Shown piece by piece: positions 1 through 11,347 of a DNA stretch of 40,080 nucleotides. The notes under the pieces are model-generated. The model was not told where the DNA came from and did no database searches. It saw only the letters and a program-made list of their open reading frames with translations. Within the stretch, counting starts at the first letter, position 1. Each line of letters begins with the position of its first letter. The translations under genes were made by a program, and so were the position numbers. Source of the DNA: Octopus bimaculoides (taxonomy: Eukaryota); assembly GCF_001194135.2 (NCBI RefSeq), contig NC_068992.1:22048391-22088470 (forward strand). The letters run 5' to 3'.

Positions 1-208
1 AACACAGATACACAACATATACGCACGCATACATATATACATATATATATACGACAGGCTTCTTTCAGTTTCCGTCTACCAAATCCACTCACAAGGCTTT
101 GGTCGGCTCGAGGCTATAGTAGAAGACACTTGCCCAAGGTAGCACGCAGTGGGACTGAACCCGGAACCATGTGGTTGGTAAGCAAGCTACTTAACACACA
201 GCCACTCG
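1..208 (-). mobile_element. tRNA-derived SINE family A (head ...GGAGTGGCTGTGTGGTAAGTAGCTTGC...GGTTCAGTCCC)
   Basis: Pol III A/B-box-like head, internal (TA)/(TG) tract, shared by about 16 copies in the window. Confidence 0.8.
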
Positions 209-289
209 TTTACAAAATAAATATAAGATTAAAATCATTGTCAACTTTTATTATATTCATTATATATATTGTTTCCGGTATAAATTAAT

Positions 290-390
290 AAATATTACCG
301 GTCCGTGGCAGATTGAAAAAAAAAAAAACCAAACAAACAAAAAAAAAAAACACTGCCGGTACGCCACATCAGATAATTTGAGAAACACTG
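290..390 (-). mobile_element. hAT-type MITE end fragment
   Basis: Reverse complement begins CAGTGTTTCTCAAATT, a typical hAT-MITE TIR start; other end not found. Confidence 0.4.
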
Positions 391-462
391 CGCTAAATTA
401 TGTTAACCTATCGCAGCGTTTACACCACTGCATGTGATGTTTCTACCTTTGTTTGGGAGAGT

Positions 463-491
463 TGTTTATTTACACTCGTCTACATGACAAC
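463..491. promoter_or_regulatory. Forkhead-like site (TGTTTATTTAC, 463-473) next to RFX X-box-like site (GTCTACATGACAAC, 478-491)
   Basis: X-box has one mismatch to RTHNYYWTRRNRAC; lies immediately upstream of the inferred start codon. Confidence 0.4.
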
Positions 492-495
492 CATC

Positions 496-501
496 ATGGC
501 G
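496..501 (+). CDS. CCDC112: CCDC112 exon 1 coding part (MA; or MTTIMA from ATG 484)
   Basis: catcATGGCG|gtaagt: good start context, consensus donor, phase 0 fits exon 2. Inferred; no transcript evidence. Confidence 0.7.
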
Positions 502-1135
502 GTAAGTAACACGTTTATCTTCTATTATGATTCTGGTCACATCCAGAATGCTTTATAGGAGTATTACATCGACTCGTTATTTCATTGACCCCCAGAAAGA
601 TAATTAACGAAGCTGACCTCGTTGAGAATAGAATTCAGTTATGTAATGAGCCTTGACGAGTGTTTTAGTGAACCTTAACGAATCTACTCGTTGACTTTTT
701 ATCAACGATAATATTTCAGCAACTATTTCACTTCCTTTATATTTCTAATTTCATTTAAAATCGCATGAAAGCTACAACCTCACATTTTACCAATTTTATG
801 TTACCTGACTAACTCAGTGTAACATGTAAATTTTTCCACTACAAAAATTCCTTACTAAGGCATGAACCAGTTACTAGAATATGATAATATTGTTGTTTGC
901 TGTTTTCGATGCGGTTTCCAATAGCTTATGAATTTTATCAATGTGTTTATATCAGAAATTACAAATTATCCCTGTTTTGCATTGTGAAAGATTATATCAT
1001 ATGGTATTTGTTCCGGCTCTTGAAATTCAGAGTTCGTTCAAATCCCGGCGATGCTAACTCTGTTTTTCATTCTTCAAGGCTCGATAACATAAAGTACCAG
1101 TGAAAAATTAAAGAGCCAATTCCTCTGTCTATCAG

Positions 1136-1185
<50 letters not shown>

Positions 1186-1281
1186 CTTCACAATAAGGAG
1201 ATGGTGGGGGTGGCTAGTCACAGCACATCTCTATCAGTGGATTTGGTAGACGAAAACTGAAAGAAGCCCGTCGTATATATG

Positions 1282-1312
<31 letters not shown>

Positions 1313-2745
1313 ATGTTTGCGTGTCTGTGTTTGTCCCCCTAGCATTGCTTGACAGCTGATACTGGTGTGTTTACGTCCCCGATAGAATAAGTACTAGGCT
1401 TACAAAAAATAAGTCCCGGGGTCGATTTGCTCGACTAAAGGCGGTGCTCCAGCATGGCCGCAGTCAAATGACTGAAATAAGTAAAAGAGAGTTTATGATA
1501 AATGTGTATGTGTGTTTATGTTAACAAGCAGCACCATCATACAAGCAGGGTTTTTTGTTTCTATTCTTCTGTGTAAAACATGTCTGGTCTTGGAGAAATG
1601 TTGTCTTGCCTAGAAACAGGTGAGGATTGGTGACAGGAAATGGGGCATCCAGCTGTAAAGAACCTGCCTCAACTAATCCTATCTGACCCGTGCAAGCATG
1701 GAAACGTGGAAGTTAAATGATGATGATATCTATTACAAGAGATGTATTTATAAGTATTCAGTGACACATGGTAACTAATATTGCTAATTTGACTTTTAGT
1801 GATAACCAGTTCACCTTTCCTCAGTTAAGTCTTGTAGCAATAATCTATCAATGAAAAGCAGTGGCAAGACAGCGTGACTGGTTATAAATTCTCAAGATAC
1901 TATACAATTTTCGAAAGTACCTCAGGAGACATAAATCAAAACATCGTCTCATAAATATTGTTATATGTTATTAAAAGAATATACAGCATAAAATAAACTG
2001 TGCTGTAACATAGTGTCTATATATAATATGCTCTTTCATCACCACCACCATCATCATCATTATTTTAATGTTGTCTTTTCCATGTTTGCATGAGTGGGAT
2101 GAAGTCTGTTGAGATAGATTTTCTATGGTTGGATGCACTTCCTATCGCCAACCCTTGCCTCTTTCCAAGCAAGGTAATATATACCAGTTACCGGACATCT
2201 TTCTGCAGAACATTGGAAGTGATACATTATTTACATTATTTACAATTGACAAATATTTGTCCTCATCTTGTTTGTTGTTAGCACAACGTTTTGGCTGATA
2301 CACCCTCCAGCCTTCATCAGGTGTCTTGGGGAAATTTCGAACCTGGGTTCTCATTCCTAAGGTATTTTTCGATTGTGTTATTATTATTATTATTATTATT
2401 CAGGTCACTGCCTGGAATCGATCTCGGAATTTTGGGGTTAGTAGCCTGCGCTCTTAACCACTACGCCATATGCCCATGGGCATATGGCGTACTGGTTAAC
2501 AACAAACAAGATGAAGACAAATATCTGTCAATTGTAAATAATGTAAATAATGTGCATAATTCCTCATCTCTTAAATATAGAACAACATTGGAAATGATAG
2601 CGCTTGTATGGGAGTGACACTCATTTACAGTTGTTACATAATGTCAAAACAAAGTCCCTCACACACACATGCACACACACTCACATGCACACATACAAGC
2701 ATGTACCCATGGAAGGTGGGCGTTAAATGATGATGATGATGATGA

Positions 2746-2791
<46 letters not shown>

Positions 2792-5700
2792 ATATATAAA
2801 TAAAGACACCCCCTTCGGTGGTGAATGACAATGGGATTGCACCTAGAAAGTTCCCTTCCGAGACACAAGTCCAGGCAAGGTTGTTCATGGAAGACCAGCA
2901 GTTGCCCATGCATACCAGCCACTCCTCCCCACACCACTAATGTTGTTTAAGGGAAAGGCAAAGGGGCCGATACAACTTGGCATCAGTGATGTTACAAGTC
3001 ATTTCTACAGCTGAGTGAACTGGAGCAACGTGAAATAAAGTGTCTTGCTCAAGAAGACAACACACAGCCCGATCTGGGAATCGAACTCACTACTTCATGA
3101 TTGTGAGTCCAATGTTCTAACCACTGAGCCATGCACCTTCATATATATATACATATATATATATATATGTGTGTGTGTGTGTATCTATGTATGTATGTAT
3201 ATGATAGGTTTCTTTCAGTCTTGCTTTATCAAGTTCATGTCCACTCACAAGGCTTTGGTTGGCCTAGGGCTATTGTAGAAGACACTTACCCAAGATACCA
3301 CATAGTAGAACTGAACCGATGACCATGATATTGGGAAGCAAACTTCTTCAGAAACGAACACAGTGATGATGCTGATTATACCTGAATATTTCAAACATTC
3401 ACATCCATAAATAAATATATTTTCATACCCATATGTGGCTTTGTGTATGTATATATATATATATATATATATATAAATGTACTACCTCCATAGATAAAGA
3501 TACATATAATTTTAATGAATAACATGTACATGCATATACACATATTTTACACATTGTATATATGTTAGATGCTCTTATATATATATGTGTGTGTGTGTGC
3601 ACATGTTTTCATGTTTTTGTGTGTGTGTGTATTTATATATATATATATATATACATATCTTTGTGTGTGTTTGTAGTTATATATAAAATTTCAAATGAAT
3701 AACATTTACATGCCTCTATTCATACTGTACATATGTACATATACATGCAGTTATCTCTGATGACTACAAAACATTTCCCAGAATGACCATTTTCTCTCCA
3801 GTTTCTTCTATAATTAGTGATTGCCTCTGCAGTCTTGTTAGATGTGTTCTTTAAGTCTATCAGGTTTGGCTGTAAACTATCATTCATTCGTCCATTCTTC
3901 CAGTCAAAGAAGTGAATAATTACAGGCACTAGCTATCTGGAATCGTGATTACTTCTACCTGCAGCAATTCCACAATATCGTATCTTAGTTGTTTCAAGAT
4001 TTTTCATAGCAGTATTAATAGAATGATTTTATATTCTATAAACAATAGAACACGATTTGAGAAATAAAACTTTGGTTGCCAGTGGAGATAATGTTTCTCC
4101 CAACTTTTACCATTCCATTCTTGGTCTGGCTACTTTGCTTTTGACACATTGCTTTCTATTGCTTTCCATTGCTAATTAAGTCACCTAGGTAACAATGGCT
4201 ACTCCTAAGAAGACTTCCAGGCATTTGAAAGAATCTATCACATGCATTCTCTGACTGCTGATTGCTCCTGTGCATCTGTCTCATACAATGCTTGTCTTCA
4301 TTGTTAGCCTGGCTCTGATCCCTCTATACCTATTGTGCATTCATAGTTTGAACTGGATACACCATGTGAGATTTCTTCTTATTACTATTTGTATCAAATA
4401 TAGCCATTTTGCTGTTGACAGTGGAGTCCTCTCTACTTTCATCATCATCATCATTTAATATCAGTTATCCATGTTGGCATAGGTTGGATGGTTTAACAAG
4501 AGCTGGCAATCCAGAGGGTTGTGCTAAGTCCTATTGTTTGTTCTGGCATGGTTTCTTCTTCCTTATATCAACCATGACCATTTTGCTCTCAGAGTGAAGG
4601 ACAATATATATGGTGCTCATCTATATTGTGATGCAATGTGATAGCAAGACATGGGTCTTGTATGAAGAGGTTTTGTAGAGGTTAGCAAGAAATATAACCA
4701 GCTTATTCAGCCAGACATGTGATGTTAGTGTTCATGAATGATAGGGCACAAATGAGCTGTGAGAAAACCTAGCAAGATAAGAATTAAATATAATATGGTA
4801 GAGAGAAGAGAAAACTGATAGAGGCAGATGCTGCCTATGGAAGATCTCATTTGTATAAAGAAGTGATGAGCATGCTAAATGAATGGAACCAGTTGAAGAG
4901 AAAGAACAATGAAGACATAAAACAAAGTGGTGAAGGTTGATCTTAAGAAACTGAACGCCAGGTAAAAAAGTGACAGAAGTGCATTTGTAAGCCTAGAACT
5001 TATTCTTTCGGTCGCTTTTGCCAAACTGCTCAGTTACGATGGCGCAAATACACCAATATCAATTGTCAAGTGATGGTGGTGGGGATAAACACAGACACAC
5101 AAATACATACATATACATATATATATGATGGGCTTCTTTCAGTTTCCGTCTGCCAAATCTACTCACAAGGCTTTGGTTGGCCTGAGGCTATAGTAGAAGA
5201 CACTTGCCCAAGGTGCTACACAGTGGGACTAAACCTGGAACCATGTGGTTGGTTAGCAAGCTTCTTACTACACAGCCACTCCTACACCTATACATTATTG
5301 ATATTTAAAAAAAAAAGTTTTTGTATTTTTAATCAACAGAAAAGTTTCCTCCTGAAATAGCTATAGATGTAGGAGTGGCTGCGTGATAAGTAGCTTGCTA
5401 ACCAACCACATGGTTCCAGGTTCAGTCCCATACATGGTACCTTGGGAAAGTATCTTCTACTATAGCCTTGGGCTGACCAAAGCCTTGTGAGTGGATTTGG
5501 TAGACGGAAACTGAAAGAAGCCCATCGTATATATGTATATATATATGTTTGTGTGTCTGTGTTTGTCCCCCCCAACATTGCTTGACAACTGATGCTGGTA
5601 TGTTTACATCCCCGTATCTTAGCAGTTCGGCAAAAGAGACTGATAGAATAAGTACTAGGCTTACAAAGAATAAGTCCTGAGGTCGACTTACTCGACTAAA

Positions 5701-6658
5701 GGCCGTGCTCCAGCATGGCCACAGTCAAATGACTGAAACAAGTAAAAGAGTAAAGAGTATAACTATGCATTTGTATGTAGAGATTTATACAATTCAAATC
5801 TGAAGTTAGTTTATTAGATTTACAGGATTTATATCTCAAGTTGGTTTTGTCATTAGCCTCATTTTTGTTAGAGCAATTGGTGAAATAGAAATTATAATAA
5901 TAATGGCTGCAAATTAATTTTAGAATATAAAAATGCAGTTTTGATTACAAAAAGCTTCCATCATTCTTTTTTTATGTTTGTGTTAGAGCTCAGAATTTGG
6001 ATGAGATCAGCAATATTATTGTTTTATATCTGCTTACTAATCTGAAAGAGGAATTACTATAAATAGATGGGGGCTTTTACTGAGATGATGGCCTATTCAT
6101 CTTGAAGAACTTCAATTTACGACGAATTGAGCAATTAACAAAAAAACATACTCCTTCTTCAAGCAATATGGGCTCAAAATAGCCGCCAGGCATAACACCA
6201 CTGTTGTTAATTTCCTCGACATAACCTTTATCGTAATTAACTCTGTGTTCTGTTCTTCTCATAAACCAAACCAATCATTTAATTACATTCACTGTTTATC
6301 AAAAGCATTCCAGAAATAAAATCAACAACATTGTTAAAAACATGTGATTTAGATTGTCAGAACTTCTTGTTAAAGATATTTGATGATTACACAAATTTCT
6401 GCAATGATGTCTTGACTAAAAATGCATATAATGAGAAGAAAAAAAATATATATATATAAATTGAAGAAAGCAGGCTCCTTATTATTGACAGCAAAAATAA
6501 AAAGCAGAATATAATTTGATATTTTCTTTGCACTTTGAGTTTGTTTGTAAACTATCAATAGCAATTTAGGTTAAATTTCCTTTGTCAAAAGATAGTCTGG
6601 TTCCCTTAATTATTTTTAAAGAATTAAATTTAAAAAGAAATGAAAATTNNNNNNNNNN

Positions 6659-6700
<42 letters not shown>

Positions 6701-7038
6701 CATATGTTACATATATATTATATCATATCTTGATACAGTGTGGACTAAGATCCCCATTGACAGGCGACTGGTATTTATAGAGTGTTAAACACTTTCGGTA
6801 TGCAGTATGCAAATTAGAGACTCCTTCACAGAGTAACTGCTGCATTTGTTGAGTATATAAACATTTTGGTTAATTGTTTCTCTGGAGACTGTCAAAGTGA
6901 TATGGATGCCTCTGATGAGAACCCATCAAGGTTCAAAAATTGATTAGGGTTGTTCATTGTTTTTCCAGTCTGCAGAGAAATGGCTAAAATTTGCTGTTTA
7001 TAATTATACGATATGTTATATATATATATATATATATG

Positions 7039-7074
<36 letters not shown>

Positions 7075-8618
7075 GCAGCACACACTGCAAAATGGCTGGT
7101 GTTAGGAGGTGCATCCTGCTGTAGAAACCACATCAAACCAGACTGGAGCTTGGTGTAACTCTCTGGTTTACCAGCTCTGGTCAAACTGTCCCACCCATGT
7201 CAGCATGGAAAACGGATGTTAAAGGATGATGATATGTGTGTTTTTGTGTTTGTGTATCTTCAGACCCTAACTGTTAACCCTGCTTTGGCGAGCAAGAAAG
7301 TGGATCTGAAGAAAGAACTTCAAAAGCTTCGGGCACAGTAAGTTTTTATCATTACTTCTTTTTGTGTTTCCCTCTTTATCTTTTCTACTCTAGGCACAAG
7401 GCCTGAAATTTTTGGGGAAGGGGCCAGTCAATTAGATCGACCCCAGTATGCAACTGGTGCTTAATTTATCGACCCCAAAAGGATAAAAAGCAAATTCGAT
7501 CTTGGCAGAATTTGAACTCAGAACATAAAGACAGCCGAAATACCGCTAAGCATTTTGCCTGGTGTGCTAACATTTCTGCCAGCTCACCACCTTGTTTCCC
7601 TCCTTATCTTTCTCTCTGCATGGCTGCCTAGCTGTTTGTCTGTCTATCTATATCTAACACTATGTCTATATGTGTCTCAATGAATTCAAGTGGTCTTGTG
7701 GTTTGGGTGTTGGAATCATAACAACAAAGACACAGGTTCTGTTCCCAAATTGCACNNNNNNNNNNNNNNNNNNNNNNNNNNNNNNNNNNNNNNNNNNNNN
7801 NNNNNNNNNNNNNNNNNNNNNNNNNNNNNNNNNNNNNNNNNNNNNNNNNNNNNNNNNNNNNNNNNNNNNNNNNNNNNNNNNNNNNNNNNNNNNNNNNNNN
7901 NNNNNNNNNNNNNNTTCTACTCTAGCACAAGGCCCGAAATTTTTGGGAATGGTGGGGCAATCGATTAGATCAACTTCAGTATGCAACTGTTATTTAATTT
8001 GTCGACTGCGGCAGAATTTGAACTCAGAACATAAAGACAGCCGAAATACCGCTAAGCATTTTGCCTGGTGTGCTAACATTTCTGCCAGCTCACCACCTTG
8101 TTTCCCTCCTTATCTTTCTCTCTGCATGGCTGCCTAGCTGTTTGTCTGTCTATCTATATCTAACACTATGTCTATATGTGTCTCAATGAATTCAAGTGGT
8201 CTTGTGGTTTGGGTGTTGGAATCATAACAACAAAGACACAGGTTCTGTTCCCAAATTGCACACCACATTGTGTCTTAGATGGGGAAACGGTTCTTTTCAT
8301 GTTATTCCATCCTAGTTGGCTAAAATGTGTATTAACAAAAGCTGAAGCAACTTGACCTTACAATAATAAACTGGTATTCATTCCTGAGAGAAGTCTTGTT
8401 CTTTCAGTTACTTAATGTTTCAGAAACGAGAGTAAATGATGGCCTAGTGTACCTGTTGGCTTAAGACAGAGTTTAACTTCAATACAATTATATATCTGTC
8501 TCTGTTTATCTATGTTTCTCGAATTTTTTTTATTTTCTAACCATCTATCCATCCATCCATCCATCTAGGTAGCTAACTATCTATCTATTTCTATCTGTCC
8601 ATCCGTCTATCCATCCAT

Positions 8619-8652
<34 letters not shown>

Positions 8653-10784
8653 TTATCCATCTACCTATCTATCTATCTATCTACCTGTCTATCTACCTAT
8701 CTATTTACCTATCTACCTATCTCTATCCATCTCTCCATCCATTCAAGCATGAAAAGGATACTGATGATGATAATATTACAGGCTTCTTTTCAGTTTCTGT
8801 CTACCAAATCTTTGGTCGGCTTGGAAGTAAAAGACATTTTCCTAAGGTACCATTCAGTGGGACTGAACCAGAGATCACATAATTGGAAAATGAACTCTTT
8901 TAACCATATAGCCTGCCTTCACCTAATCATTTTTGGAAATAACAGGTTTTCTAATGTCAAGGAACCAACTCTTGCTTTCTCTGAAGCTGGAATTTCCTTT
9001 TATGTTTTCGACTCAATGGGAATTTATGCAATGTTTGCATGTAGCTTTACTTTCATACATATTAATGGTGAGAAATATGTTATCTGCAGCTTGTGGACAT
9101 GTATTATGTAAAGGAGCCTCTTATCACTGTGTTTGAGCTCGGTTTTATTCAATGTGCATATGTGTGTGTGTGTATGCATGTGAGCACACAACTACAGTAG
9201 CAAATTATTTGTAAACTTTGGCTGGAATAATTGGTTTTATCAGTTGAGATTTTTACCATCCCTTATTTTGTATTCATTCAGCAAGAAAAAGAACCATAGC
9301 TTTCTGTATGACCGTGAGTGTGTATGTGTGTTGATGTATATAGTGTGTATGCATATATATATATATATATATATATAAGATAGAAAGTATGGTTGTTAAT
9401 TCCAAGTGGTTGAATATACAAGCAAGGAGCAAAGATGAAAAAACACAGAAGATTTGTTTCACATGACTAAAGAATATATTAGAATAACCATAGCAAAAGT
9501 ACTTACCACACAGCCACTCCTGCGCCGATCCACACAATCACTCCTGCGCCTATATATGTGTGTGTGTGTGTGTGTGCACACGTGTGTGTGTATGTGTGCA
9601 CGCGTGTGTGTTTGTGCATGTGTGCATATGTATGTTTTAGAGAGAAAACAGGGCTTCAGAAGTTTGCTTAGAAACCATTAGATCACAGGTTTAGTTCCTG
9701 TTTGGCACTTTGGGCAAGCGTCTTTTATTGTAGCCTTTGTTTGACTCAATCCTCGTGAGTGAAACAGGGGAGATGGAAACTGTGTGGAAGCCCATCACAT
9801 AGATTGTAGCTTTAATTCAAAGGTCCACCCTGGTCATACATGGAAAAATGGATGTTAAATAATGATGATGAATGATATTGTGGGAAGTAGCTTGCTTACC
9901 AACTACATGTGTAGCACCTTGGGCAAGTGTCTTCTACTATAGCCTCGGGCCGTCCAAAGCCTTGTGAGGGGATTTGGTAGATGGAAACTAAAAGAAGCCT
10001 GTCGTATATATATATATATATCTGTATGTGCATGTATATGTTTGTGTGTCTGTGTTTGTCCCCCCAACATCACTTGGCAACCGATGGTGGTGTGTTTACG
10101 TCATTGTAACTTAGCGATCCGGCAAAATAGACCGATAGAATATGTACTAGGCTTACAAAGAATAAGCTCTGTGGTCAATTTGCTTGACTAAAGATGGTGC
10201 TCCAGCATGGCCACAGTCAAATGACTGAAACAAGTAGAAGAGAGTAACCAAGTTGGGGTGCTTTGCTGCATTGGACATTAGCAGAATAACCTATTGTGCA
10301 AGAGTTAAGTGACAGAAGAACTACCTTGAGGAAATGAAATAATAATACTAGTAGTAGTATAGTTTTTAAACGACAGAAACAAATTTGAGTGTTGAATTTA
10401 AAGAGATGAAATGGCAGCTTGTCAGAAATGTTATTGGTAATCGAGTTGTGCAACAAGTGATACCTAAGGGATTTGATTCCTATCAATTGGTTTTAATCTT
10501 ATTTTCTTTCATGTGTTTCAGTCATTTGACTGCGGTCATGCTGGGGCATTCCTTGAGGTACTTTCAGTTGAAAGAATTGACCCTACTCTTTACTTTCTTG
10601 TACTCTTTTACTTGTTTCAGTCATTTGACTGCGGCCATGCTGGAGCACCGCCTTTAGTCGAGCAAATCGACCCCAGGACTTATTCTTTGTAAGCCTAGTA
10701 CTTATTCCATCGGTCTCTTTTGCCAAACCGCTAAGTTACGTAAAACACACCAGCATCGGTTGTCAAGCGATGTTGGGCACACAA

Positions 10785-10829
<45 letters not shown>

Positions 10830-11312
10830 NNNNNNNNNNNNNNNNNNNNNNNNNNNNNNNNNNNNNNNNNNNNNNNNNNNNNNNNNNNNNNNNNNNNNNN
10901 NNNNNNNNNNNNNNNNNNNNNNNNNNNNNNNNNNNNNNNNNNNNNNNNNNNNNNNNNNNNNNNNNNNNNNNNNNNNNNNNNNNNNNNNNNNNNNNNNNNN
11001 NNNNNNNNNNNNNNNNNNNNNNNNNNNNNNNNNNNNNNNNNNNNNNNNNNNNNNNNNNNNNNNNNNNNNNNNNNNNNNNNNNNNNNNNNNNNNNNNNNNN
11101 NNNNNNNNNNNNNNNNNNNNNNNNNNNNNNNNNNNNNNNNNNNNNNNNNNNNNNNNNNNNNNNNNNNNNAGCAGGTTAGATGTCCTATTATATGCATCTC
11201 TGTATTTTAAATGAATAATATATATATAGTCTATTGACTAATTTTTATTCTCGCTGGACCACTGGTGGTAAATTAAATTTCTAAAATTTTTTTGCTGCCC
11301 TATGATTTATTA

Positions 11313-11347
<35 letters not shown>

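Noticed and set aside
7504-8261. Identical 252-bp direct repeat (7504-7755 and 8010-8261)
   Set aside because: Flanks an N-gap and is exactly identical, typical of unmerged contig overlap or haplotype artefact.
9282-10436. Micro-exons 9282-9313 (KKKNHSFLYD) and 10377-10436 as the CCDC112 segment between exons 2 and 4
   Set aside because: Phase-compatible, but the single exon 11928-12049 has stronger splice sites and aligns without gaps to the human segment.
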